Part shown: positions 1 through 10,151 of the stretch, piece by piece
Layout of the letters: every line of letters starts with the position of its first letter
How positions within the stretch are numbered: position 1 is the first letter of the stretch
Origin: an uncultured Saprospiraceae bacterium
Lineage (GTDB): Bacteria > Bacteroidota > Bacteroidia > Chitinophagales > Saprospiraceae
Reading direction: 5' to 3'
DNA: 57,606 bases
Assembly (NCBI GenBank): GCA_964458675.1
Contig: CAYWOZ010000001.1
Location: 1 to 57,606 of the forward strand
The notes under the pieces: generated by a model
Database searches by the model: none
The model's input: only the letters and a program-made list of their open reading frames with translations
What the model was told of the DNA's origin: nothing
Position numbers and translations under genes: made by a program

Positions 1-723
1 CTTGGCGCTAACATTTGCACCATACAATAAGAAGCCCATCCACATATTGGCAACAACTACATCGACCACAATCATAGTGGAAAAAATCCTGTCCGAGACT
101 TCAAATATTTCTTTCATGGCGGTCTGGTTAGCGCCGCCTCCAATCCAAGATCCAGCGACGGTGGAAAGTCCTCGCCAAAGTTCATCAGGGTTGGCATCTA
201 CAATACCTGGTGCCACATTGAGGATAATCAACAACGCGATTGGTCCCCCAAGCATGATTCCAAGTGTAGCTGCAAAAAACATGATGATAGACTTGAAGCC
301 CAAGTTCTTGAGCCCTTGGAAATCTATGCCTAAGCATAGCAAAATAAGGGATGCAGGAAGCATATATCGCGAAGCAACATAGTATAGTTTGGAATGAACT
401 GCGAGTCCTGAATAGGCTTCGCTGGGGACACCACTGTCATCCAAAAATGCATTGATAGCGTCATAACTAAGGCCACTGGGTAAAGTGAGGCTGTACTGTT
501 GAAGCACCGCATCTAGGCTACCATCTGGATACCAATGTGCCGCTATCAATCCTAATGGGTAATGAAGAATCGCTGGGATGAAATAGCACAACAATAAAGC
601 AGGGACAAACTTGTAGAATTTTTTCCAACCTGGATTATCAGAATGCGAGGTGTAGAAAATTAATCCTAGAACAACCATCAGTACCCCAAAGGTGACGGCA
701 TCATTATTAAAGAAGGGTTCCAT
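1..723 (-). CDS. DUF819-family integral membrane protein (C-terminus runs off the window)
   Basis: Minus-strand frame is open from the ATG at 723-721 to position 1. I checked every triplet and found no tta/cta/tca in frame. It is missing from the ORF track because it has no stop in the window. Translation MEPFFNNDAVTFGVLMVVLGLIFYTSHSDNPGWKKFYKFVPALLLCYF...AGSWIGGGANQTAMKE is multi-TM and resembles DUF819 (PF05684) proteins. Confidence 0.6.
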   Translation of the reverse strand, partial: MEPFFNNDAVTFGVLMVVLGLIFYTSHSDNPGWKKFYKFVPALLLCYFIPAILHYPLGLIAAHWYPDGSLDAVLQQYSLTLPSGLSYDAINAFLDDSGVPSEAYSGLAVHSKLYYVASRYMLPASLILLCLGIDFQGLKNLGFKSIIMFFAATLGIMLGGPIALLIILNVAPGIVDANPDELWRGLSTVAGSWIGGGANQTAMKEIFEVSDRIFSTMIVVDVVVANMWMGFLLYGANVSAK

Positions 724-851
724 ATTTGTAGCTTGTAATACTCAAAAGAAATAGCAGAAAAGTCCCAAAACACTTTCCATGGAGTATGAAGCTATAAATA
801 TAATTTAATTCTTGCAATTTGTTATCTTGGCGGCTACGTTAAAAAAGAACA

Positions 852-1394
852 ATGGGAAGAATAGGCAAAGTGCTAACAGTAGTGTTTGTTTCTATAGTAT
901 TGGACCAAGGCTCTAAGGTCTGGGCAAAAAGTGTATTCGAAGGACAAAGAGAGTCTTGCTACTTCGACAGAATGTTTTGCTGGATTTTTGCAGAGAATGA
1001 AGGGGCATTTTTGGGCTGGGGTTCTGAACTCACAGGGGTTTGGAACATTCTCTTACTCAAGCTTTTACCTATATTGTTAATCCTAGGCTTGTTTTATATG
1101 ACTTTGTTTAGCAAAGATCTTCTCAAAAATCAAGTAATCCCATTTAGTATGATTCTAGGCGGAGGTTTAAGCAATCTGTTTGATAGAATCGCCTTTGGTA
1201 AAGTGGTCGATTTTATGAATGTAGGGGTCGGAAATCTTCGAACGGGTATTTTCAATATAGCCGACATGATAATACTAGCGGGTATTATCTGGTACTTCTT
1301 TTCCAATTTTGGTCAGAGAGAAAAATCTATGACCGAGACAAGTCAAACTGTTGCTACTGACGGTGCCGAAGATGCTAGTCTTCCTCGTGAGTAA
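852..1394 (+). CDS. lspA: lipoprotein signal peptidase II
   Basis: 180-aa multi-TM protein with LspA-type motifs (ENEGAFLGWG, NLFDRIAFGKVVDF, IFNIADMII). Confidence 0.85.
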   Translation: MGRIGKVLTVVFVSIVLDQGSKVWAKSVFEGQRESCYFDRMFCWIFAENEGAFLGWGSELTGVWNILLLKLLPILLILGLFYMTLFSKDLLKNQVIPFSMILGGGLSNLFDRIAFGKVVDFMNVGVGNLRTGIFNIADMIILAGIIWYFFSNFGQREKSMTETSQTVATDGAEDASLPRE

Positions 1395-3531
1395 ATACCA
1401 AATCGATTTGCTTTTTTTCCAAATCAGCACTCTTGATCCGTACTCTTACTTTATCCCCCATTTTGACTATCAAGCCAAACTTGCTACCTCTCGCTTTTAG
1501 TCTACTTGCGTCCACTACGTAGTGGTCATTCGTAGTGTTAAACTTGACCATCCCTTCTGCTTTTACATCTGCCAACTCTATAAAGAAACCTCTGTCAGAA
1601 AAACCAGTGATGTATCCATCAAAGTCATTTCCAACTCGGTTTTGCATATATTCTACTTGCTTGTACTTGATGCTTTCTCTTTCGGCTTTCATCGCCTTTC
1701 TTTCCATTTTGGAAATATGAAGGCACTTGTCAGCTAGTTTTGACTTATTTACCCGGTGCATTCCTTTGAGGTTTTTTTCAAGGATGCGATGTGCCAGGAC
1801 ATCAGAGTATCTTCTTATCGGAGAAGTAAAGTGAGAATAGTTTTCCATGGCTAGACCATAATGTCCGATATTGTCAGGACTGTATGCTGCTTTTGACATA
1901 GTACGAATGGCAAGAGATTCCAATACTTTAAGACCTGGGTCAGCAGCTACCTTTGCCATCATATCATTATATGATTTGGCTATGGTCTTTTCATTCTTGG
2001 TATCCATCGTTACCCCTAGTTCTTTTGCGAATTGCGCGAAGTCCATCACCTTGTCTTCGTTCGGTAAGTCGTGGATTCTATATACGAATGGAATTTCTTC
2101 CTTCTTGCCTTTCTTCTGAATAAACTCAGCTACTTTACGATTCGCTAAAAGCATATATTCCTCGACTAGGAGGTGAGCATCCTTTCGTTGCTTGACGTAC
2201 AGTCCAATAGGCTTCCCAGTTTCATCCAATTTGAATTTAACTTCTTCGGTCTCAAAATTAATCGCGCCTTTTTTGAACCTAGCTTTACGCAATTGCTTCG
2301 CTAAGGTATTAAGGTTGAAGAGTTCATTAGCGAAATCTCCCTTCTCAGCTTCGATTACTTCTTGAGCTTCCTCGTAGGTGAATCTTCTATCGGAGTGGAT
2401 GATTGTTTTTCCAAACCACTCTTTGATGATTTTATTGTTTTCATCAAATTGGAAAATCGCACTGAAGGTATACTTGTCTTCATGCGGCCTTAAAGAGCAA
2501 AGCTCATTGGAGATTTTTTCTGGAAGCATCGGGAGTACTCTGTCTACTAGGTACACAGAGGTGGATCTTTTGTAGGCTTCCTTATCAAGCTCAGTCTTTG
2601 GCTTTACAAAGTGAGTCACATCTGCAATATGTACCCCTATTTCTAAAATGCCATCATCGAGCAGTCTAATAGATAAGGCATCATCAAAATCCTTAGCATC
2701 CAAAGGGTCAATAGTGAACGTAGTAATGTTCCTTATGTCCAGTCTTCTACCTACCTCTTGTGGGGTGATATGGGCTTTGAGTTTTTTAGACTCTTTCATT
2801 ACTGCATCAGGAAAATCAAGGTGGAAACCATTGTTGATTAAAATGGATTTCATCTCTATATCGCTAGAGCCAGTTGCTCCTAATACAGATGTGATTTGTC
2901 CAGCTGGTGTTGGTTTTGACTTAGAAGGCCATTCTATAATTTTGACAACTACCTTTTCTCCGTCTTTCGCTTCTTTCAAATCCTGCTTATGCACATAGAT
3001 ATCAAATGCCATATTTGGATTGTCTGGAACTACAAGGGCATAATTTCTTGTAATATTCAAGGTGCCTAAAAAGTGGTCATTGGCTCTTTCGAGTACCTGG
3101 ATTACTTCCCCTTCTGGTTTCGATCTATTTTTTGGATAAAAGGCCTTCACTTTTACGGTGTCTCCATGCAGTGCACCATTCATACGCTTAGCAGGAATGT
3201 ATACGTCTTCTTCATGCTCCTCAGTAACTACATAGGCAGAGCCAGTACGGGTCATATCAATGGTTCCAGAAAGGGTTTGTCTTAGTTTAGTAAGCCCTTT
3301 TGGTTTAAGCTTAAATTTTGGCTTTGCTCGATGGCGAAGCAGCCCTTTTTCTTTTAATTGTTGCAGTGCTGCATTAACGGAGTCCTTATTATTGCCAATG
3401 CGCAACATAGAACTGATTTGTTTAGGGCTAAATTTTTTGGATGGATTTTTCTTAAATAGCTGAAGTATACGCTTTTGTAATTCAGCATTTGTTATTTTTT
3501 TGCCTTTGAAAGGTCTCTTTTTTTTACTCAT
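1375..3531 (-). CDS. rnr: ribonuclease R (RNB exoribonuclease with C-terminal S1 domain)
   Basis: 718 aa. Carries an RNB core (TIDPLDAKDFDDALSI, HFTSPIRRYSDVLAHR) and an S1-like C-terminus. Its 3' end overlaps the lspA 3' end by 20 nt (convergent). Confidence 0.9.
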   Translation of the reverse strand: MSKKKRPFKGKKITNAELQKRILQLFKKNPSKKFSPKQISSMLRIGNNKDSVNAALQQLKEKGLLRHRAKPKFKLKPKGLTKLRQTLSGTIDMTRTGSAYVVTEEHEEDVYIPAKRMNGALHGDTVKVKAFYPKNRSKPEGEVIQVLERANDHFLGTLNITRNYALVVPDNPNMAFDIYVHKQDLKEAKDGEKVVVKIIEWPSKSKPTPAGQITSVLGATGSSDIEMKSILINNGFHLDFPDAVMKESKKLKAHITPQEVGRRLDIRNITTFTIDPLDAKDFDDALSIRLLDDGILEIGVHIADVTHFVKPKTELDKEAYKRSTSVYLVDRVLPMLPEKISNELCSLRPHEDKYTFSAIFQFDENNKIIKEWFGKTIIHSDRRFTYEEAQEVIEAEKGDFANELFNLNTLAKQLRKARFKKGAINFETEEVKFKLDETGKPIGLYVKQRKDAHLLVEEYMLLANRKVAEFIQKKGKKEEIPFVYRIHDLPNEDKVMDFAQFAKELGVTMDTKNEKTIAKSYNDMMAKVAADPGLKVLESLAIRTMSKAAYSPDNIGHYGLAMENYSHFTSPIRRYSDVLAHRILEKNLKGMHRVNKSKLADKCLHISKMERKAMKAERESIKYKQVEYMQNRVGNDFDGYITGFSDRGFFIELADVKAEGMVKFNTTNDHYVVDASRLKARGSKFGLIVKMGDKVRVRIKSADLEKKQIDLVFTHEED

Positions 3532-3548
3532 GGGTATTAAAATTTCTA

Positions 3549-4052
3549 TTATTCGGAAGAAATTATCTTCCCTCCCTCTAGAATCTCTAGGGTAAAAGCA
3601 TTGCTTGATTTTGGATTGTATTCGGTTTTAGCTTGGATGGAAGCACCAGAAACGATAGTAATTATCCAATCTTCATCTATACTTGCTACTGATCTTACTA
3701 AATCTTCGCCGTTGGGAGAGGAGGTGCCTGCTATAATAGCTTTATCTACTAAGACACCAGATTTATCGTAAGTTACAAGAATATATTGGTAGTTCATCAA
3801 ACTTACTTTCCAATATATTACGGCATAAAAGTCTTTTGTGTTTGGAATTTTCAAACAAGGCACAAATTCTGTGAATTCGTCAATAGGCTCATGTTCACTC
3901 ATTTTCAAGTACTTATCGATCATAAGCGGCTTGAATTGCTTATTGTACTTACTAAAAGCGACTTGACTATCGTCTGTCAAGGTTACCGGTGGGGCTATTT
4001 CTGGGTAAACTGATAAGTAGTCTAAAAAGTGAATTTCTTGTTGATTTTCCAC
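3549..4052 (-). CDS. hypothetical protein, co-directional and 17 nt upstream of rnr
   Basis: 167-aa ORF with no recognisable motif. Tight spacing to rnr suggests co-transcription. Confidence 0.5.
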   Translation of the reverse strand: MENQQEIHFLDYLSVYPEIAPPVTLTDDSQVAFSKYNKQFKPLMIDKYLKMSEHEPIDEFTEFVPCLKIPNTKDFYAVIYWKVSLMNYQYILVTYDKSGVLVDKAIIAGTSSPNGEDLVRSVASIDEDWIITIVSGASIQAKTEYNPKSSNAFTLEILEGGKIISSE

Positions 4053-4165
4053 AGTTGGTTATTTTTTTGGCAAAGATAGGGCATTCAAAGGCTGTACTAG
4101 CACTTATGCTTCTTTAGATTGATTCTAAATAGCGAGCAATGGGTTAAACCTAAATGTTAATTTTT

Positions 4166-4173
4166 TAATTTTG
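4166..4173 (+). promoter_or_regulatory. candidate Bacteroidota -7 box (TAATTTTG) upstream of sdhC
   Basis: Matches the TAnnTTTG consensus 55 nt upstream of the sdhC ATG. I found no clear -33 TTG. Confidence 0.25.
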
Positions 4174-4227
4174 GGAGAATACCTTAGCAGGGTGCTAATT
4201 TAAAATTGAAAAATCAAATAAGAAACT

Positions 4228-4899
4228 ATGTGGATTATAAACTTCCTAACTTCTTCACTAGGAAAAAAGTTAATTATGAGCCTTACAGGTTTGTTTTTAA
4301 TTGTTTTCTTGTTAGTTCATCTCGTTGGAAATCTACAGTTGCTAATATCAGATGGCGGTGTATCATTTAATATTTATGCAAAGTTTATGACTTCTAATCC
4401 TTTGATAAAAACTTTATCCTATGGCTTGTATGCTTTTATTCTACTGCATATTGTACAAGGAATTGTGATTTGGTTGACTAACAAAAATGCAAAGGAATCT
4501 CGATATGCTGTGGCCTCTAAAAATTTGTCATGGGCTTCTAAGAACATGGCTAATCTTGGAATTTTTATCACAGTATTTTTAATCCTTCACCTTTGGCAAT
4601 TTTGGTTTCAAAACAAAATAGGCAATATTCCATACGTCGAAATTCAAGGCGGACAATACCAAGATTTTTATACGCTTGTAAATGATTCCTACCAAAATAT
4701 TTTCTTCGTTATATTTTATGTTATCTCGATGGTGGTAATTGGATTTCACCTTTCACATGGCTTTCAGTCAGCTTTCCAAACCTTAGGGTTGAACCATAAA
4801 AAATACACTCCAATTATAAAGGGACTTGGAACAGCGTATTCTATATTTATTCCACTGGGCTTTGCGTTTATTCCAGTGTGGATGTATATGATGCATTAA
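4228..4899 (+). CDS. sdhC: succinate dehydrogenase/fumarate reductase cytochrome b subunit (b558 family)
   Basis: 223-aa, about 5-TM protein directly upstream of sdhA/sdhB, with a single large cytochrome b as in Bacteroidota/Bacillus-type complexes. Confidence 0.85.
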   Translation: MWIINFLTSSLGKKLIMSLTGLFLIVFLLVHLVGNLQLLISDGGVSFNIYAKFMTSNPLIKTLSYGLYAFILLHIVQGIVIWLTNKNAKESRYAVASKNLSWASKNMANLGIFITVFLILHLWQFWFQNKIGNIPYVEIQGGQYQDFYTLVNDSYQNIFFVIFYVISMVVIGFHLSHGFQSAFQTLGLNHKKYTPIIKGLGTAYSIFIPLGFAFIPVWMYMMH

Positions 4900-4945
4900 G
4901 AAAAAGATTAAAGAAAAGAATTCATAAACATAAGGTTTAGGTAAT

Positions 4946-6943
4946 ATGATAAATTTAGATCCAAAAGTACCAAAAGGGAATTTAGGCGATAAGTGGACCA
5001 GCTATCGAGGGACAATGAACTTGGTAGCTCCGAATAATAAAAGGCGTATCGATATTATAGTAGTCGGTACAGGATTGGCTGGAGCATCCGCAGCAGCTAC
5101 CCTTGGGGAGTTGGGATATAATGTAAAAGCTTTTACTTTCCATGATAGTCCTCGTAGAGCACACAGTATCGCAGCTCAAGGGGGTATCAATGCTGCAAAG
5201 AATTATCAAAATGATGGAGATAGTGTTTACCGTCTCTTTTATGATACTATAAAAGGTGGAGATTACAGATCTCGCGAAGCCAATGTACATCGTCTTGCGG
5301 AAGTAAGTGTCAATATCATTGACCAGGCTGTAGCACAAGGGGTGCCATTAGCAAGAGAGTATGGTGGACTTTTGGCTAACCGTTCTTTTGGTGGAGTACA
5401 GGTTTCTAGAACTTTTTATGCGAAAGGACAAACTGGACAACAACTCTTATTAGGTGCATACTCTGCATTGTCACGTCAGATTTCGTTAGGAAATGTTACG
5501 ATGTACAATCGTCATGAGATGATTGACCTTGTGAAAGTGGATGGCAAAGCTAGAGGTATCATTGCGAGAAATGCATTGACAGGAGAATTAACCAGACATG
5601 CGGCGCATTGTGTTGTATTAGCAACTGGTGGATATGGAAACGTTTTCTATCTCTCAACTAACGCAATGGGTTGTAATGTTACTGCCGCTTGGAGAGCAGT
5701 ACACAAGGGCGCATTGATGGCTAATCCATGCTATACTCAAATACACCCAACTTGTATACCTCAGTTCGGTACCTACCAGTCAAAATTGACTTTGATGTCA
5801 GAGAGTTTGAGAAATGATGGTAGAGTTTGGGTACCCAATAAGGTGGAAGATGCAGAAGCTATTCGCCAAGGAAAAAAGACAGCATTAGATATTCCAGAAG
5901 AAGATAGAGATTATTATTTAGAGAGAAGATATCCAGCTTTTGGAAATCTTGTACCTAGAGATGTAGCATCACGTGCAGCCAAGGTAGCATGTGATGAAGG
6001 CAAAGGTGTTGTAGGTACTGGACTTGCAGTATATCTAGATTTTGAATCCGCTATAGAACGATACGGAAAAGGAGAAGCACACTCAAAGGGAATTCACAAT
6101 CCAGGTAAGGATGTAATTCGAAACCTTGGAGAGGCAGTAATAGCAGCCAAGTATGGTAACCTTTTCGATATGTATCTTAAGATTACAGGAGAGAATCCTT
6201 ACAAAATGCCAATGAAGATTTATCCTGCGGTACACTACACGATGGGTGGCCTTTGGGTAGATTATAATTTAGAAACTAATGTCCCAGGACTATTCGCATT
6301 GGGAGAATGTAACTTCTCTGATCACGGCTCTAACAGACTTGGAGCTTCTGCCTTGATGCAGGGTTTAGCAGATGGATACTTTGTAATCCCTTACACAATT
6401 GGACAGTTCTTATCCAAAGAGATTAGAACGCCAAAGATAGAAGATAACACAACCGAGTTTGATACTGCTGTGCAGGAATCCAAAAATAGAATTGATAGAT
6501 TGATGGATATCAAAGGGAACCAATCTGTTGAAAGTTTTCACAGAAGACTAGGAGCTATCGTTTGGGAATATTGTGGAATGGCTAGAAACGAAGCCGGTCT
6601 TAAGAAAGGCAGACAGTTAATTCGTGACCTACGTAAAGAGTTTTATGCGGATGTGTTCGTACCAGGTACTAGTGAAGAATTTAACCCGGAATTAGAAAAG
6701 GCACTTAGAGTAGCAGATTTCTTAGAATTAGGAGAAGTCTTGATGCTAGACGCTTTGGATAGAAACGAATCTTGTGGAGGTCACTTCCGTGAAGAGTATG
6801 CTTCACCAGAAGGAGAAGCGGCAAGAAACGACAAGGATTATACGTATGTAGCCGCTTGGGAGTGGAACGAAACAGAACCCGTAGTACACAAAGAAAATCT
6901 TGAGTTCGAGAATGTAGAATTGAAAACAAGATCTTATAAATAG
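4946..6943 (+). CDS. sdhA: succinate dehydrogenase/fumarate reductase flavoprotein subunit
   Basis: 665 aa. N-terminal FAD fold ([14 protein letters not shown]), the histidyl-FAD region ([12 protein letters not shown]), and a conserved C-terminal domain. Confidence 0.95.
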   Translation: MINLDPKVPKGNLGDKWTSYRGTMNLVAPNNKRRIDIIVVGTGLAGASAAATLGELGYNVKAFTFHDSPRRAHSIAAQGGINAAKNYQNDGDSVYRLFYDTIKGGDYRSREANVHRLAEVSVNIIDQAVAQGVPLAREYGGLLANRSFGGVQVSRTFYAKGQTGQQLLLGAYSALSRQISLGNVTMYNRHEMIDLVKVDGKARGIIARNALTGELTRHAAHCVVLATGGYGNVFYLSTNAMGCNVTAAWRAVHKGALMANPCYTQIHPTCIPQFGTYQSKLTLMSESLRNDGRVWVPNKVEDAEAIRQGKKTALDIPEEDRDYYLERRYPAFGNLVPRDVASRAAKVACDEGKGVVGTGLAVYLDFESAIERYGKGEAHSKGIHNPGKDVIRNLGEAVIAAKYGNLFDMYLKITGENPYKMPMKIYPAVHYTMGGLWVDYNLETNVPGLFALGECNFSDHGSNRLGASALMQGLADGYFVIPYTIGQFLSKEIRTPKIEDNTTEFDTAVQESKNRIDRLMDIKGNQSVESFHRRLGAIVWEYCGMARNEAGLKKGRQLIRDLRKEFYADVFVPGTSEEFNPELEKALRVADFLELGEVLMLDALDRNESCGGHFREEYASPEGEAARNDKDYTYVAAWEWNETEPVVHKENLEFENVELKTRSYK

Positions 6944-7000
6944 TTAGTGATAAACATCTATGACCCCTTTTAGTATAGGTCAAGAATAAAAATACATATT

Positions 7001-7753
7001 ATGAAGCTTACGCTTAAAGTTTGGAGACAAAAAAGTAAAGACCATAACGGTAGTTTTGAAAATCATCAGGTAGAGGCGCATGATCACATGTCATTCTTAG
7101 AAATGATGGATGTACTTAATGAAAGTTTAGTGGCCAAAAAAGCAGAACCAATTGCTTTTGCGCATGATTGTCGTGAAGGTATTTGTGGCACATGTAATAT
7201 GGTTATCAATGGGAAACCTCATGGACCATCAAAAGGGACTACAGTTTGTCAACTTCACATGCGTGAGTTTAAAGACGGAGACGTGATTGTTATCGAACCT
7301 TGGAGAGCGAAAGCTTTTCCAGTAATTAAGGATTTGGTGGTAGACCGTTCTTCTTTTGATCGTATTATACAAGCAGGTGGATATATTTCGGTGAATACGG
7401 GTCAAGCGCAAGATGCCAATGCTATTCCAATCGAAAAAGATGTCGCTGCTCAAGCAATGGATGCGGCGACCTGTATCGGATGTGGTGCATGTGTAGCAGC
7501 TTGTCCAAATGCCTCAGCCATGTTATTTACCTCGGCAAAAGTAAATCACTTAGCGCTCTTACCACAGGGTAAGGTAGAAAGTTCACGTAGAGTGAGAGCG
7601 ATGGTAAAACAAATGGATGAAGAAGGATTCGGTGCATGCTCAAATACTGGAGCATGTGAAGTAGAATGTCCTAAAGAAATATCTATAGAAAATATTGCAG
7701 CCATGAACAGAATGTACGTAGGTGCGGTAATTGGGGCGCAGGACCAAGTATAA
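7001..7753 (+). CDS. sdhB: succinate dehydrogenase/fumarate reductase iron-sulfur subunit
   Basis: 250 aa with Cys clusters CREGICGTC and [12 protein letters not shown] plus CxxxxxCEVECP. Confidence 0.95.
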   Translation: MKLTLKVWRQKSKDHNGSFENHQVEAHDHMSFLEMMDVLNESLVAKKAEPIAFAHDCREGICGTCNMVINGKPHGPSKGTTVCQLHMREFKDGDVIVIEPWRAKAFPVIKDLVVDRSSFDRIIQAGGYISVNTGQAQDANAIPIEKDVAAQAMDAATCIGCGACVAACPNASAMLFTSAKVNHLALLPQGKVESSRRVRAMVKQMDEEGFGACSNTGACEVECPKEISIENIAAMNRMYVGAVIGAQDQV

Positions 7754-7815
7754 AACCTGAATCCTGCCCAGCCTTAATTAAGTTTTGGTTGTTTAATATA
7801 AAGTTATACAGAGTA

Positions 7816-7848
7816 CCCCTATTGTTTTCTAATAGGGGTGTTTTTTTT
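7816..7848 (+). terminator. Rho-independent terminator after sdhB
   Basis: Stem CCCCTATT / AATAGGGG with a 7-nt loop, followed by T8. Confidence 0.8.
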
Positions 7849-7850
7849 AC

Positions 7851-9689
7851 CTATCGCTGTACTACATCTTGAATAGACCAAACCATGATTTGACTATCTA
7901 GAGAAGTAGTAATAATTGTCTTTTCATCTTGACCAAAAGAGCAGAAACTAAGCTCATCATGATGACCATTAAAAGTTTGTTCTATAGTTTCAGAGGCTAG
8001 ATTCCATAAGCAAGAAGTCTTGTCTGCAGAGGAGGATAATAAATATTTTCCGTCATCTGATAAGCACAAAGAGCTAACAACATTTTGGTGATTATGGTAT
8101 TGTGCTACCATGTTGCCTTCACTTAAATTGTATGCTCCAATTTTTCCAGTGCTGTCTCCAATAAAGAGTAAGCCGTTTTTAGGATTGTAAGATGCACTCA
8201 TTATAGGGCTAGGATTTGTATTTATGCTATGCTCAAGAGTGCCTTTCTCAGCATCATGAATTTTTATGCTTCTATCTTTACTGACAGAAAGGATTTTATT
8301 ATCGGCTAAAGAAATGAGTTGATTAATGTCCCCGTTGTGCGCCTTGAATGAGTTTATCATAACGCCTGATGTCATGTTCCACCACTTGATTTGCTTATCT
8401 TTTCCAGCTGTAAATAAAAATTGCCCATTCTCAGAAAATGCTATGCTTAGAACACTCGACTTGTGCCCTTCTAAAGTGTAAATCAATTCTCCAGAATCAG
8501 TATTCCAAATCTTAACCAATTTATCATCAGCGGCACTAGCCGTTAAATTTCCATCTGGAGAAATGGCTATTTGTCTAATGGCTTTGTTGTGTGCTTGAAA
8601 GTATTGGATAAGGTCTCCGTTGGATAATAAGTGCTTTTGGATCATACCATTTTCATTGCCGCTGAGAATGAAATTTCTATTATTGCAAACGTTACCTGAG
8701 ATGATAGGAGCAGAATCTAGTTTGATTGTTTCGATTTTTTTGCGTTCTGCAAAATTAGATATAGTAATACTATGGTCTTTATGAAGTTTGACCATTTTAT
8801 CTCCTTCAAACATGACTTGTTTTATGGCTTGCCCTTTATCATCATAGCGATCTACTTCTTTCATGGAAGTTCTATCCCAAACAATAACTTCCTGATCAGC
8901 AGAAATACTGATAAATTGATTTTTGCCAATCTTGCTTATATTGATCACCTTGTCTTTGTGACCAATCAGTGTATACGCGATTTCACCTGTTTGTACATTC
9001 CAAGCTGAAATCGTCTTGTCGTCTGATCCAGTAGCTACCATTGTCTCGCTTATAAAGTGAGCGGTGTTGACGGCAGAAAGATGACCAACTAAGCTGTAAT
9101 GGATTTTATGATTTCCCAAATCCCAAATCGCTGCTGTATTATCCTTGCTTGCAGAAAGTAGATATTGGCTGTCCGGGCCAATATCAAGAGCAGTGATTTG
9201 TCCTTCATGCCCTTTGTAAGTGTTTAAAAGTTTGTTTTCAGCTGTGTCCCATGTACTTATTAGACCCATTATATCGCCGCTGGCAAGGATGCCAGACTTT
9301 GCATCAATAGCTATTGCTGAGATTTGATGCGGGTGTGCATTAAAGTGTTGTTGTGTTTCAAAAGTGTTAGTATTCCAAATAGTGATTTCCCCGGAAGAAA
9401 ACCCTGCAGCTAGCATGGCGCCATCTTTCGAAAGGCTCATGCATACTACATCAGAGTTTACGCTATGAAAGCGTTGTAAAATTTGTTTTTTGTAAATGTC
9501 CCAAACTAATATTTGTGACCCAGATGCCATTAAAATGTTGTTCCCATCTGGGGTCAAAATACTTTGATGAATTATACCTGCATTAATACCAAGTATAGGT
9601 TGTTCAGAATGGGTATAGGTAAAACTCGTCAGTATACCAAGGCCAATCCAAATCAAAAGATACTTAAAATACAGCAAATTATTATTCAT
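7851..9689 (-). CDS. WD40-repeat protein with N-terminal hydrophobic segment
   Basis: 612 aa. N-terminal TM/signal segment (YLLIWIGLGILTSF), then continuous WD40-like units (SASKDNTAAIWD, TGSDDKTISAWN, SAADDKLVKIWN, TAGKDKQIKWWN, SSSADKTSCLWN, TTSLDSQIMVWS). Confidence 0.8.
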   Translation of the reverse strand: MNNNLLYFKYLLIWIGLGILTSFTYTHSEQPILGINAGIIHQSILTPDGNNILMASGSQILVWDIYKKQILQRFHSVNSDVVCMSLSKDGAMLAAGFSSGEITIWNTNTFETQQHFNAHPHQISAIAIDAKSGILASGDIMGLISTWDTAENKLLNTYKGHEGQITALDIGPDSQYLLSASKDNTAAIWDLGNHKIHYSLVGHLSAVNTAHFISETMVATGSDDKTISAWNVQTGEIAYTLIGHKDKVINISKIGKNQFISISADQEVIVWDRTSMKEVDRYDDKGQAIKQVMFEGDKMVKLHKDHSITISNFAERKKIETIKLDSAPIISGNVCNNRNFILSGNENGMIQKHLLSNGDLIQYFQAHNKAIRQIAISPDGNLTASAADDKLVKIWNTDSGELIYTLEGHKSSVLSIAFSENGQFLFTAGKDKQIKWWNMTSGVMINSFKAHNGDINQLISLADNKILSVSKDRSIKIHDAEKGTLEHSINTNPSPIMSASYNPKNGLLFIGDSTGKIGAYNLSEGNMVAQYHNHQNVVSSLCLSDDGKYLLSSSADKTSCLWNLASETIEQTFNGHHDELSFCSFGQDEKTIITTSLDSQIMVWSIQDVVQR

Positions 9690-9960
9690 CGGTTTTTAAA
9701 AAAAAAGTGTTTGTCAAAGCAAAGCTTTGACAAGTGATGATAAAAATTTTGTTTTTTGATTAGGTAGAGGGGAAAGGGGAGCTTGAGTGTTCGATTTAGG
9801 AGTGTTCAATTCCTACAATACAAAGTTGCACGATATTAGACTTGATTACAATACCAAGATGTTGGTAATTTAAGCATGATGAATTATTTGGATATTAAAA
9901 CATAAAATATCGAAATAATTGAAAGTGTAAATTATTAAAGATGAATCCCTTAATTAAGAC

Positions 9961-10075
9961 TGAGCCTCCGCATGAGGGATAGATAGTGCGCTGATGCCTT
10001 CATCGGCGGTCCTTTTGTAGAGGCGCATGGCAATGCGCCTTTACAAAAGGACGGGCACCACGCTAGAGCCCGACC
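9961..10075. other. GC-rich intergenic island A with an 18-bp hairpin
   Basis: Clearly higher GC than its flanks. Has a perfect-but-one 18-bp stem (10011-10028 CCTTTTGTAGAGGCGCAT / 10033-10050 ATGCGCCTTTACAAAAGG, loop GGCA) and a second hairpin (9991-10006). Ends in CCCAAAT like family-2 elements. Strand unknown. Confidence 0.4.
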
Positions 10076-10080
10076 CAAAT

Positions 10081-10120
10081 AAAAAAAAGGTCAACAGCAG
10101 GAAGTTTCCTGCTATTGACC
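10081..10120 (-). terminator. Rho-independent terminator of the OB-fold gene
   Basis: Hairpin GGTCAACAGCAGGAA / TTCCTGCTATTGACC (10089-10120), followed on the minus strand by T8 (10081-10088). It lies 31 nt after the stop at 10152. Confidence 0.7.
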
Positions 10121-10151
10121 CATTTTTATTTGAGGCATGCCCAAAAAAATA

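Noticed and set aside
1375-1394. 20-nt convergent overlap of the lspA and rnr 3' ends
   Set aside because: The overlap is real in the sequence but is a common compact-genome arrangement, and no additional structure was seen.
10017-10024. GTAG(A/G)GG motif recurring in the GC islands, suggesting REP/RAYT-type elements. Sites: 10017, 31501, and complements at 13550, 13604, 36891, 37040. GTAG also occurs in the family-1 arms.
   Set aside because: From rough base composition a 7-mer this degenerate is expected about half a dozen times in 57 kb on both strands, so the count alone is not significant. No RAYT/Y1 transposase gene is present in the window. I keep it only as a weak hint to test genome-wide.
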